DNA of 32,524 nucleotides from Catonella sp. (lineage in GTDB: Bacteria > Bacillota > Clostridia > Lachnospirales > Lachnospiraceae): contig JBHADN010000235.1 in the NCBI GenBank assembly GCA_041855085.1, forward strand, positions 1 through 32,524, written 5' to 3'. Made by a program: the position numbers and the translations under genes. Numbering within the stretch: position 1 is the first letter of the stretch; every line of letters starts with the position of its first letter. The notes below the pieces were generated by a model. It was not told the origin of the DNA. It saw only the letters and a list, made by a program, of their open reading frames with translations, and did no database searches. Of the stretch, positions 9,156 to 18,279 are shown piece after piece.

Positions 9156-9211
9156 AAATATCTCCTTTCAAAGTGTCCGCCGCAAGCGAACTGTCATCGT
9201 TACCGTCTTTA

Positions 9212-11302
9212 TTATTCACCCTCGGGGATAATAACATTTGGACCGTCGCAGGCACAGTCAATCTTGTTGTCAAACTCTATTGCATCGCCGAAGAAGATTT
9301 TGTCGCCCTTTCCAAGCGCATCCGGAATTATTGAAAATGTGTTGGAAATTCCATCCTGCGCCTCGCTGAACGGAAGCTTGCTTACCGAGCTTAGACTTGC
9401 CATAGCTCCCTTTGTATCACGCCTGTGCATAGGGTTCGCGCCCGGAGCGAATGCCTCGCCTATCTTTCGTCCGTCAGGTGTCGAGCCTGTTGCACGGCCG
9501 TAAACCACATTGGATGTGATGGTAAGTATCGAAGTTGTAGGTACTGAATTTCTGTAGGTGTGATTTCTCTTTATATAGCCCATAAACACATCGACTATGT
9601 CATATGCAATCCGATCTACTCTGTCATCATCATTGCCGTACTTAGGGAAATCTCCCTCGGTTTCATAGTCAACCGCTATACCCGCCTCATTGCGGATAAC
9701 CTTAACCTTAGCATATTTTATAGCCGAAAGAGAGTCCGCCACTACTGAAAGCCCTGCTATACCTGTGGCAAACCATCTGTGTACATTCTTATCATGCAGA
9801 GCCATCTGCAATCTTTCATAGCAATATTTATCGTGCATATAATGGATGATATTTAACGAGTTTACATAAACTCCCGCAAGCCATTCCATCATATCGTTAA
9901 ATTTTTCCCAAACTTCGTCGAACTCCAGATAATCGCCGGTAATCGGTCTGAACTTAGGCGCAACCTGCTTGCCGGAAACCTCGTCTACACCGCCGTTTAT
10001 AGCGTACAGCAGGCACTTTGCAAGATTTGCTCTTGCTCCGAAGAACTGCATTTCCTTTCCGAGCCTCATAGAAGATACGCAGCAGGCTATAGCGTAATCA
10101 TCGCCATGGCTTACTCTCATGAGGTCATCGTTTTCATATTGTATGGAAGAAGAAAGTATAGAGGTCTTTGCGCAAAATCTCTTGAAGTTTTCAGGCAGCT
10201 TTACCGACCACAGTACCGTAAGGTTAGGCTCAGGCGCCGTTCCGAGATTTGACAGGGTATGGAGATATCTGAAACTTGATTTTGTAACCATAGTCCTTCC
10301 GTCTATGCCCATTCCCGCTATCGACTCGGTAACCCAGGTAGGATCTCCCGAAAATATCTCGTTGTAATCAGGGGTTCTTGCAAACTTAACACAGCGGAGC
10401 TTCATTACAAAGTGGTCTATGAACTCCTGTATCTGCTCTTCCGTAAATGTTCCGTTTTTCAAATCCCTCTCCGCATATACATCTATGAAAGTGGAAGTAC
10501 GCCCAAGGCTCATAGCCGCACCGTTCTGCTCCTTAACCGCCGCGAGATAAGCCAGATACAGCCACTGTATCGCCTCCTGAGTATTGGTTGCCGGAGCGGA
10601 GATATCGAAACCGTAAATCTTTCCAAGCTCTTTCAGCTCTTTCAGCGCCCTTATCTGCTCTGAAAGCTCCTCACGAAGTCTGGTTATGTCCGAGTACATA
10701 GTCGACCTAGTGGTTTCTTTCTCTTTTTCTTTCTGCTCTATAAGCATATCTACACCGTAGAGCGGAACTCTTCTGTAATCTCCGATGATACGCCCGCGTC
10801 CGTAGGAGTCCGGAAGCCCCGTTATTATGTGACTGTTGCGGCAAGCCCTCATTTCCGCCGTATATGCGTCAAAGACACCGTCATTATGCGTTTTTCTGTA
10901 TTTGGAATAAAATTCCACTATATTCGGATGTACCTTATATCCATTGCTCTCACAAGCTTTCATAGCCATCTTAAGACCGCCGTTTACCTGTAGCGAACGC
11001 TTAAAAGGTTTGTCCGTCTGAAATCCGACTATTGTTTCTTTTTCTTTATCTAAATATGCAGGGCCATGTGAAGTAATGGTAGACACGATATCGGTATCCA
11101 TATCCAGAACACCGCCCTTTTCACGCTCCTCGCGGGTAAGCTCCATAACCTCCGCCCAAAGCTCTTTAGTCCTTTCGGTAGGGCCTGCAAGGAAGCTTTC
11201 ATCTCCCTCATAAGGGGTGTAATTTTTCTGAATAAAATCACGCACATTTACTTCTCTTTCCCACACTCCCGGTCTAAAGCCGTTCCATTCTTCTCTCATC
11301 AT
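9212..11302 (-). CDS. pflB: Pyruvate formate-lyase (formate C-acetyltransferase) catalytic subunit lacking the glycyl-radical domain
   Basis: [36 protein letters not shown], catalytic [48 protein letters not shown]; no RVSGY motif; ends TAA TAA. Start may be 11299. Confidence 0.95.
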   Translation of the reverse strand: MMREEWNGFRPGVWEREVNVRDFIQKNYTPYEGDESFLAGPTERTKELWAEVMELTREEREKGGVLDMDTDIVSTITSHGPAYLDKEKETIVGFQTDKPFKRSLQVNGGLKMAMKACESNGYKVHPNIVEFYSKYRKTHNDGVFDAYTAEMRACRNSHIITGLPDSYGRGRIIGDYRRVPLYGVDMLIEQKEKEKETTRSTMYSDITRLREELSEQIRALKELKELGKIYGFDISAPATNTQEAIQWLYLAYLAAVKEQNGAAMSLGRTSTFIDVYAERDLKNGTFTEEQIQEFIDHFVMKLRCVKFARTPDYNEIFSGDPTWVTESIAGMGIDGRTMVTKSSFRYLHTLSNLGTAPEPNLTVLWSVKLPENFKRFCAKTSILSSSIQYENDDLMRVSHGDDYAIACCVSSMRLGKEMQFFGARANLAKCLLYAINGGVDEVSGKQVAPKFRPITGDYLEFDEVWEKFNDMMEWLAGVYVNSLNIIHYMHDKYCYERLQMALHDKNVHRWFATGIAGLSVVADSLSAIKYAKVKVIRNEAGIAVDYETEGDFPKYGNDDDRVDRIAYDIVDVFMGYIKRNHTYRNSVPTTSILTITSNVVYGRATGSTPDGRKIGEAFAPGANPMHRRDTKGAMASLSSVSKLPFSEAQDGISNTFSIIPDALGKGDKIFFGDAIEFDNKIDCACDGPNVIIPEGE

Positions 11303-11350
11303 TAACCTCTTTTCTTAATCCTCAGATTGTTTCAATGGGTTCTTGATGCT

Positions 11351-11379
11351 AATATAAATTACGCACAATTTAATGTCAA
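11351..11379 (-). promoter_or_regulatory. Sigma-A-like promoter for pflB
   Basis: Minus strand TTGACA-17 bp-TATATT. Confidence 0.75.
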
Positions 11380-11462
11380 TTGATTTTGTTCATGTTTTGC
11401 TTTTAGTACATAAAACCGCTTAAATAAGCCATTTTTTGTACTTTTTTAAGCACAAGCACGCT

Positions 11463-12590
11463 TTATTTCCAAAGCCCTCCCCAGACTTTATTGCAAATAT
11501 CTATACAGTATTTCAGGTTGAATCCTTTGTGAACCGTTCTTGCCTGATGCTTGCTCATCAGCTTTTCCGTATACTCTGAAAGCTTATATACCGCAAAACC
11601 GTTTCTCTTGTCCTCTCTGTGCGCAAGCAGCGCGGTTATGCCGTATTCGCCGACTCTTGCCCTGTCTTCTCCCTCTTTAATTATTGTAACCTCCGCCATA
11701 CCCCCTATATATCGGTTACCTATCGCACCTGTCATGGCTGTCGCATTTACAAAGTTTCCAAGAGAATAATACACTAACATCCTGTGCCCCGTCTTCTTGT
11801 CTTTTACCCATTCTATCGGCTCTATAACATGAGGATGAGCTCCTATAACCAGATCCACCTTGTTTTTCAAAAATATATCGGTCCAGTATCTCTGATAGTC
11901 CGATATCCCCATATTGTACTCTGTTCCCCAATGCGGGCAGACAACTACAAAATCCGCCATTCTCCTTGCTTTTTTAATGTCGGCTTCAACTCGAGCCTTC
12001 TCCAGATAGTTTACTGCAAACGGCATATCCGCCGGAGGCTTTATTCCGTTTGTCCCGTAGGTGTAATTGAGGATGGCAATCTTTATTCCGTTCTTTTCCG
12101 CCACATATATTTTTTCACTGTCTTTTTTGTTTCCGTACATGCCTAGAACCGCCAGCAAAGGGTGCTTGCTTTTCCAATACTTAAGAGTGTTTACAACTCC
12201 CTTTTTCCCCCTGTCAAGCGCATGATTGTTGGCGTGCAGGACTATATCAAATCCGCCGTCGGCTATCGCATCCCCTATCTCATAAGGGGCATTGAATGCG
12301 GGATATCCGCTTATCCCCAGTTCTTTCCCACCCGGTATCGTTTCCTGATTTACTATAGCTATGTCGTAGCTCTCGATAACATTCTTGAGATTTTTAAAAA
12401 TCGGCTTGAAATCATATCCCCCCTTGCCGTCATCGGAAGCCTTTACCACAGGCGTATGCAGGAGCACATCTCCCACCATGGAAAGAGTTACTCTTTTTTC
12501 CGCCGCAGATACAGCACTTTGGTTGAAACATACTGTAAAAATCAGTATTAAAATAAGATAAATCGACTTGCCGTTTGAATACTTTTTCAT
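11463..12590 (-). CDS. CapA/PgsA-family secreted metallophosphoesterase-fold protein
   Basis: Signal peptide; VGDVLLH, NQET, ANNHALDRG, HWGTEY, IGAHPHV, YSLGNF. Start moved to ATG 12590 (GGAGGGG SD). Confidence 0.92.
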   Translation of the reverse strand: MKKYSNGKSIYLILILIFTVCFNQSAVSAAEKRVTLSMVGDVLLHTPVVKASDDGKGGYDFKPIFKNLKNVIESYDIAIVNQETIPGGKELGISGYPAFNAPYEIGDAIADGGFDIVLHANNHALDRGKKGVVNTLKYWKSKHPLLAVLGMYGNKKDSEKIYVAEKNGIKIAILNYTYGTNGIKPPADMPFAVNYLEKARVEADIKKARRMADFVVVCPHWGTEYNMGISDYQRYWTDIFLKNKVDLVIGAHPHVIEPIEWVKDKKTGHRMLVYYSLGNFVNATAMTGAIGNRYIGGMAEVTIIKEGEDRARVGEYGITALLAHREDKRNGFAVYKLSEYTEKLMSKHQARTVHKGFNLKYCIDICNKVWGGLWK

Positions 12591-12684
12591 TTTACCCCTC
12601 CCCGACAGTCCGCCAAGTTCCTGCACGAAAGTAATCCTTCGCTACTGTAAGCATCAGCTGACTGCATTCATTATTTTGTCTTTT

Positions 12685-12724
12685 ATTTTACCACAGAAGG
12701 CATTGATAGTAAATTTACTATCAA
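12685..12724 (-). promoter_or_regulatory. capA promoter overlapped by a perfect 22-bp palindromic operator candidate
   Basis: Minus strand TTTACT-17 bp-(TG)TAAAAT; palindrome TTGATAGTAAATTTACTATCAA at 12703-12724 covers the -35. Confidence 0.6.
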
Positions 12725-12925
12725 ATTCTGAAAACAACCTCAATTCCTTCCTTGTATAAAATGCCGGCACAAATCTCGGACATCATTTTTTTATTGTTTA
12801 TTTTTATATTTTGTTCCTTATATAGTAAAATTCTATTTGACTTTAATTGACTTTTATGATATTTATATTTACTGTTGTTAATTGGTTAATCCAGCCGGGT
12901 TTACAAAAGGAAAAGGAGAATTAAA

Positions 12926-13420
12926 ATGAAAAACAGAAAAATTGCTGCTTTATTTACAGCATTTGCACTTACTGTAGGTACAGCTTCGCTTGTTTCAGGT
13001 TGCGGAAGCAGCACGGGAACAACCGCTTCAAAGACCGCATCAACAACCGCTTCAAATGCAGCTTCGTCGGCAGTTACCTATCAGTATATCTCTGCTGAGG
13101 AGGTTCTTAAGGTTACTGACGGTCACATTGTTGATGTAAGAGAAGAGGATAAATATAAGGCAGGCGCTATAGAAGGCTCCGACTGGCAGGCAATCTTCCC
13201 TCTTGAGGATACATCACTTGAGGCGGGCATGAAGGAATATGCCGCAAAGGTTAATGACGGAAAAAATATCTATATAGTTTGCAATTCAGGCAAGAGAGGC
13301 GCTGAAAAAACAACTAAGATACTTACAGAGAGCGGAATTGACAAGAGCAAAATCTTTACTGTAGAGGGCGGAGCTAAGGCTCTTGGCGAAATCGAGGGTG
13401 CACTTAAGCCGGTACAGTAA
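12926..13420 (+). CDS. Rhodanese-like domain lipoprotein
   Basis: Lipobox LVSGC, Thr/Ala/Ser linker, IVDVRE..Y..G.IEGS, active loop CNSGKRG, VEGG; AAGGAG SD. Confidence 0.88.
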   Translation: MKNRKIAALFTAFALTVGTASLVSGCGSSTGTTASKTASTTASNAASSAVTYQYISAEEVLKVTDGHIVDVREEDKYKAGAIEGSDWQAIFPLEDTSLEAGMKEYAAKVNDGKNIYIVCNSGKRGAEKTTKILTESGIDKSKIFTVEGGAKALGEIEGALKPVQ

Positions 13421-13434
13421 TACCTCACAACTAT

Positions 13435-13476
13435 AAAAACAGCTTACAAACGGAATTGTTTGCAGGCTGTTTTTTT
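13435..13476 (+). terminator. Intrinsic terminator after the rhodanese gene
   Basis: AAAAACAGCTTACAAAC-GGAATT-GTTTGCAGGCTGTTTTTTT. Confidence 0.85.
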
Positions 13477-13486
13477 ATCTTTTCCC

Positions 13487-13515
13487 TTGTAATTATCATA
13501 AAATTGAATTAAAAT
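13487..13515 (+). promoter_or_regulatory. Sigma-A-like promoter for upp
   Basis: TTGTAA-17 bp-TAAAAT. Confidence 0.65.
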
Positions 13516-13556
13516 TTACTGGAGTAAAAATGTTATATTTAAGCTAGGAGGATATT

Positions 13557-14186
13557 ATGTCAAAAGTTGTTGTTATGGATCACCCGCTGATACAGCATAA
13601 AATCGGAATCATGAGGATAAAGGATACTTCTACAAAAGAATTTCGCGACCTCGTTTCGGAGATTGCAATGCTCATTTGTTACGAAGCTACCCGAAATCTG
13701 CCGCTTGCCGACAAAGAGATAGAAACCCCTCTTGAAACAACCCTGGTTAAAGAAATCGCAGGCAAAAAGCTCTGCATAGTGCCTATTCTTCGTGCAGGAC
13801 TTCACATGGCGGATGGAATATTGAATCTCATACCTAATGCCAAGGTCGGCCACATAGGAATGTATCGCAATGAAGAAACCTTAGAGCCTGTCGAGTACTT
13901 CTGCAAGCTTCCTAAGGATGCGGAGGAGAGAGATATCTTCGTTGTAGATCCTATGCTTGCTACGGGAGGCTCGGCAATAGCCGCAATAAACCGCCTTAAG
14001 GCAAGGGGAATAAAGAGCATACGCTTCCTCTGCCTCATAGCCGCTCCTGAGGGAATAGCCGCCCTTGAAAAAGCACATCCTGACATCGACATCTACATAG
14101 GGGCTGTAGACAGACAGCTTAACAGCAACGGATATATCCTTCCGGGACTTGGCGATGCCGGCGACCGAATTTACGGCACTAAATAA
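13557..14186 (+). CDS. upp: Uracil phosphoribosyltransferase
   Basis: HPLIQHK, VPILRAG, PRPP motif [29 protein letters not shown]; AGGAGG SD. Confidence 0.98.
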   Translation: MSKVVVMDHPLIQHKIGIMRIKDTSTKEFRDLVSEIAMLICYEATRNLPLADKEIETPLETTLVKEIAGKKLCIVPILRAGLHMADGILNLIPNAKVGHIGMYRNEETLEPVEYFCKLPKDAEERDIFVVDPMLATGGSAIAAINRLKARGIKSIRFLCLIAAPEGIAALEKAHPDIDIYIGAVDRQLNSNGYILPGLGDAGDRIYGTK

Positions 14187-14193
14187 AATATTT

Positions 14194-14229
14194 TGAACCC
14201 TCTCCGTAACTTGGAGAGGGTTCATTTTT
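14194..14229 (+). terminator. Intrinsic terminator after upp, between convergent genes
   Basis: TGAACCCTCTCC-N7-GGAGAGGGTTCA-TTTTT. Confidence 0.88.
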
Positions 14230-14252
14230 GCTTATATTCAAAGGCGGCAGCC

Positions 14253-15395
14253 CTAATCCTCCAACGCCGCCTCTAAATCTCTTATAAGGTCCTCAATATC
14301 TTCAATGCCGCAGGATAATCTGAGAAGCTCATCTCTTACCCCATGCTTCAGTCTTTCCTCTTTAGGCATACACTTGTGTGACATTGTTGCCGGATGTGAA
14401 ATAATAGACTCCACTCCGCCGAGGCTTACCGCAAAGATAGGTATCTTTATCCTGTCTATGAATCTGTCCATATCCTCTTTGCTGTAAAATTCAAAGGAAA
14501 GTACCGAGCCTCCCGAGCTTGCCTGACTTTTATGCACATCATAATACCTGCAGGCTGTCGAGCCGGGGTAGTAAACTGTTCTGATTTTTTTCTGCCCGGA
14601 TAAAAACTCCGCTATGGCTGCCGCATTTGACACCGATTTTTCCATGCGAAGCCCCATAGTTTTCATCCCTCTAAGCACCAGCCACGCATCTTCAACCCCC
14701 ATAATCGCACCGAAGTTTCTTTGAAACAGGCTCAGACAGCCTACAAACTTCTCTCCGTTTGTGGCTACCATCCCTGCAACTACATCGCTATGTCCGTTTA
14801 TAAATTTTGTCATACTTTCCACCACTATATCAACCCCAAGTTCCAAAGGTCTTTGATACAGCGGAGTCATAAAGGTATTGTCCGCAACGGTTATAAGATT
14901 GTATTTTTTTGCCAGTGCTACAAGCTTTCTTATATCCGATACTTTTAAGAGCGGGTTCGACGGGGTTTCTATGTATAAAATCCTCGTGTTCGGCTTTATT
15001 AACCTCTCAAGCCCTTCCAAATCGTCATAGTCTGCAAAAGTCGCCTCCATATTTAGCCTGGGCATAACTTCCCATGCAAACTGGAAAGTTCCTCCGTATA
15101 CCTCGCAGGGAAATATAATATGCCCTCCTGCGCCCGCAAGCAGGAGCACATTGCTTATTGCCGCCATCCCCGAGGAGAATACAAAAGCATAGTCCGCACC
15201 CTCAAGCTTGGCTACCGCGCTCTCAAGAGCCTGTACGGTAGGATTTCCGAACCTTGAATAGCTGTATTTTTTGCCGTCCACATAGCAGCTTTTCTGGTCA
15301 AATGTAGATGTCTGATACTTAGGTATAGAGGCTGCCCCTGTATATCCGTCAATCACAGGGTAGCCATGCAGCATTCTTGTATTATTTCCTTCCAA
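14253..15395 (-). CDS. Cys/Met metabolism PLP-dependent enzyme (cystathionine beta-lyase/gamma-lyase/gamma-synthase family)
   Basis: YQTSTF, YSRFGNPT, FSSGMAAI, ETPSNP, DNTFMTP, PLP lysine ESMTKFINGHSD, SLGGVES, LRLSCGIE. Exact reaction cannot be assigned by eye. Confidence 0.92.
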   Translation of the reverse strand: MEGNNTRMLHGYPVIDGYTGAASIPKYQTSTFDQKSCYVDGKKYSYSRFGNPTVQALESAVAKLEGADYAFVFSSGMAAISNVLLLAGAGGHIIFPCEVYGGTFQFAWEVMPRLNMEATFADYDDLEGLERLIKPNTRILYIETPSNPLLKVSDIRKLVALAKKYNLITVADNTFMTPLYQRPLELGVDIVVESMTKFINGHSDVVAGMVATNGEKFVGCLSLFQRNFGAIMGVEDAWLVLRGMKTMGLRMEKSVSNAAAIAEFLSGQKKIRTVYYPGSTACRYYDVHKSQASSGGSVLSFEFYSKEDMDRFIDRIKIPIFAVSLGGVESIISHPATMSHKCMPKEERLKHGVRDELLRLSCGIEDIEDLIRDLEAALED

Positions 15396-15453
15396 AGATA
15401 CTCCCCCTTTTTAGTTATCTTTTATAAAGCTTCATACCTTTTACTCCTGCAGC

Positions 15454-17142
15454 CTAAACAAGCCCCTTCATCATTTTTTTGTTCTCATACATGCGCATAT
15501 CTGCAAGTTTCAGCACCTCATGATAGTCCGTTCCGTCCACTTCTTCCGAGTATGCCATACCGTAAGCCGTGCTTATCATCTCCGCCTGTGTCGCCCCTTT
15601 ATTGGCTTTTGCTATTTGTCTTTCCATCTCCTCAATGTACGAAAGTGCCTCCGCCTCGTCATCCGTATCCATAACCACCAGAAATTCATCTCCTCCCTGG
15701 CGCATCTTCATACAATTTTTATCCGGAAATGAAAGCTTTAGAATATTGGAAAATCCCCTCAGCAAATCATCTCCCTTTTCATGACCGTATCCGTCGTTAA
15801 CTTTCTTCAAATTATTCAGGTCGAACAGTACCGTAAAATACGGTCTGCCCGCACTCACAAGCTTCAAAAGAAATGCCGTTCCGGAATACCTGTTGTCCAG
15901 TCCCGTAAGCTCATCCTTAAAGGCGATTGCTTCTAAAAATTTAACTTCCTGTTCATAGTATAATGCATCATAAAGTCTGTAAAAATGACTTATCAGCGGT
16001 GTAAATACCAGAATAACCATAGCTATGGTCACAAATATTTTATCCAGCAGCTTTACATCCGTAAACCTTAAAAACTCAAATGATACTATCTGCATAATAA
16101 CACTTACGGAGGCTGCCATGTATCCCAGACAGAGCACTTTTTCATACGGCCTGCGCCTCTTGTACTGTCTTCCGAATACGATAATTACATAGATACTGAG
16201 CAAAAATGCATACATTTGGAAAAACGGAAGCGGCTGTGATATATGCGCAATATCCAGAACATGCAACACTATGCTCACCGCTATGGATACTATGTAGGCA
16301 AGCTTCATAAGCTTTATATGCCAGTTTTTCTTAGTATTGTCATCTATGTTTTCAATTGCAAGCACCGAGAAAAAGCCCGTGAAATAAAGCGAAATGAAAA
16401 GCAGGAAGTTTGCATTTTCATATTCTCCCGTGAAAAGCTGTCTTATTCCGAAGTCCGAATGTCCCCTCACTCCGAGGCAGAGCACCGCCGCAAAGGAGTA
16501 AAACAGATATTTGCTCTGTATGGGCTTTATAAGCGAAAAGAGGAAATAGGCTATCATTCCTATTACTCCGTACAGCACCACGGCATCGCTTATAAGCACA
16601 AAAATGTCTATTACCTCTCTTACAAAGGCTATTGCGTCAGTACCCTTGTACAGCTTGAAAAATTCTATATTTTCAAAGGCTCTGTCCTCATTTACTCGTA
16701 TGACCACTTTAAGCTCGGGCTCTTCGCTGTCCGACTTCGGAAGATTTACTATATGATAGCCGTTTCCTACCATCTTCCCCTGCTCCAGCTTATCGACTCC
16801 GTAAGTGTATATCAGCTCTTCATCCAGATATACATCTATGCTGCTGTGCCATGTACGGTATACAAAGGTGCTGTCGCCCGGCGCTCCTTTAGGAACCTTT
16901 GCATATACGGAAAGCACATCTCCCTTATTTAAAAAGCGAAGTCTGTAGCCGTTTGCCGTTACATTTTCATGAACGACATCATTTATTACAACTACCGCAT
17001 TTTCTCCGAATTCCTCATAAATCTCCCCTTTTTGCACAGGAGTAATGAAGCTGTATATGGAAAAAATCCCTACCAACAATACTGCTAAAAACCAAAATAA
17101 CTCCAGACCTCGTTTACTCTTACCCCATAAATTTCCCTGCAT
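15454..17142 (-). CDS. Membrane-bound diguanylate cyclase (extracellular domain, multi-TM region, GGDEF)
   Basis: DELTGLDNR, FDLNNLKKVNDGYGHEKGDDLL, RQGGDEF, ADMRMYENK; N-terminal TM, extracellular region, about 7 TM helices. Confidence 0.92.
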   Translation of the reverse strand: MQGNLWGKSKRGLELFWFLAVLLVGIFSIYSFITPVQKGEIYEEFGENAVVVINDVVHENVTANGYRLRFLNKGDVLSVYAKVPKGAPGDSTFVYRTWHSSIDVYLDEELIYTYGVDKLEQGKMVGNGYHIVNLPKSDSEEPELKVVIRVNEDRAFENIEFFKLYKGTDAIAFVREVIDIFVLISDAVVLYGVIGMIAYFLFSLIKPIQSKYLFYSFAAVLCLGVRGHSDFGIRQLFTGEYENANFLLFISLYFTGFFSVLAIENIDDNTKKNWHIKLMKLAYIVSIAVSIVLHVLDIAHISQPLPFFQMYAFLLSIYVIIVFGRQYKRRRPYEKVLCLGYMAASVSVIMQIVSFEFLRFTDVKLLDKIFVTIAMVILVFTPLISHFYRLYDALYYEQEVKFLEAIAFKDELTGLDNRYSGTAFLLKLVSAGRPYFTVLFDLNNLKKVNDGYGHEKGDDLLRGFSNILKLSFPDKNCMKMRQGGDEFLVVMDTDDEAEALSYIEEMERQIAKANKGATQAEMISTAYGMAYSEEVDGTDYHEVLKLADMRMYENKKMMKGLV

Positions 17143-17169
17143 CTAAACCTGCTTTCAGACTAATTTTTA

Positions 17170-18213
17170 CTACCTGAACCTAAACACCGTACTGCTTACA
17201 TATTCTTCTCCCGCCGCTATTATGCTTGTCTTGAAGTTTTTTTCATTGCAGGCATTAGGGAAATACTGTGTTTCAAAACAAATTCCCGAATGTTTTTTGT
17301 ATACCGCTCCTTCTTTTCCCTTCGTATCCGTGAGAAAGTTTGCCGTGTATACCTGCATTCCCGGTAAATCTGTCATAATCTCCATAGTTATGCCGCTCTT
17401 ATCCCCTGTTATAGCGGCTATCTTCTTTACATCCCCGGCTCCGTTGTTAAGTACATAGTTATGGTCATATCCCCCTGCAAGTTTCAGGTAAAGATAATCC
17501 TCCCCTATATCTCTTCCCACTTCCTTTGCAGTTCTGAAATCCATAGGCGTCCCGTCTACTTCCAAAATTTCTCCCGTAGGTATCAAATCCTCCGAAATAG
17601 CCGTAAAGCAGTCCGCATCCACACACAGACTGTGATTAAGTATATCTCCCTCTCCATTCAAGTTGAAATAGCTGTGATTGGTAGGGTTTATAACCGTATC
17701 CTTATCCGAAATTCCTCTGTATTCTATTATAAATTCATTCTCTTCCGTAAGTGTATAGCTTATATTCATTTCCAAATTTCCGGGAAATCCCTGTTCCATG
17801 TCGGGAAATGTTCTGCTGAATGTAACCGTGGACGAAAATTCCTCCTCCACTATTTCCGCTTCAAAAAGTTTATAATGCGACCGGTCCGAACCGCTGTGAA
17901 GATTGTTTTTTCCGTTGTTTTTTTCAAGTTCGTAGACAACTCCGTCTATAGTAACCTTCGCTCCGCCTATCCTGTTTGCATTCCTGCCTATAAAGCTTCC
18001 TAGTGCCGCCGCATTTTCGCTGTAGCCTGCCAAGTTATCGTAGCCGAGAACCACATCCACCGGCTTCCCCGACTTGTCTTTTACCTCCATATTTTTTATT
18101 ATAGCTCCAAAATCCAGCAGGGATACTCTCATTCCGCTCTCATTTTTCAGTATGTACTCGTGTACACTTTTACCCTCTTTTGTAACTCCAAAATCCGAAA
18201 CAACTACCTTCAT
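17170..18213 (-). CDS. galM: Aldose 1-epimerase (galactose mutarotase)
   Basis: DVVLGYD, GRNANRI, NNLHSG, GFPGNL, NPTNHSYFNL, GYDHNY, QVYTAN, CFETQYFP. Confidence 0.95.
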   Translation of the reverse strand: MKVVVSDFGVTKEGKSVHEYILKNESGMRVSLLDFGAIIKNMEVKDKSGKPVDVVLGYDNLAGYSENAAALGSFIGRNANRIGGAKVTIDGVVYELEKNNGKNNLHSGSDRSHYKLFEAEIVEEEFSSTVTFSRTFPDMEQGFPGNLEMNISYTLTEENEFIIEYRGISDKDTVINPTNHSYFNLNGEGDILNHSLCVDADCFTAISEDLIPTGEILEVDGTPMDFRTAKEVGRDIGEDYLYLKLAGGYDHNYVLNNGAGDVKKIAAITGDKSGITMEIMTDLPGMQVYTANFLTDTKGKEGAVYKKHSGICFETQYFPNACNEKNFKTSIIAAGEEYVSSTVFRFR

Positions 18214-18227
18214 CTTACCTCCATGTC

Positions 18228-18270
18228 AAAATGACCGCCCATAGATAACAGGTCTTATAAGGCAGTCATT
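18228..18270 (-). terminator. Stem-loop/terminator between aspS and galM
   Basis: Minus strand AATGACTGCC...GGCGGTCATT followed by TT. Confidence 0.65.
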
Positions 18271-18279
18271 AAGCAAATA

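Noticed and set aside
9156-9307. pflB as a frameshifted pseudogene or assembly error
   Set aside because: About 150 nt of extra sequence, a double TAA and a dedicated strong SD cannot come from a single indel; both parts keep all catalytic motifs.
11303-11462. ZTP (pfl-motif) riboswitch or Rex box upstream of pflB
   Set aside because: The predicted leader is only about 40 nt and lacks the GACTGGCG/CGCCTGGG elements; the Rex resemblance (TTGTGCG...) is a half-site only.
11463-12590. Poly-gamma-glutamate capsule locus
   Set aside because: Only a lone CapA-family gene is present; no capB/capC in the window.
16243-18003. Long plus-strand ORFs (229 aa, 180 aa) and other antisense ORFs of 130-200 aa in the track
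   Set aside because: They lie antisense to well-supported genes and lack SDs and recognisable motifs; shadow ORFs.
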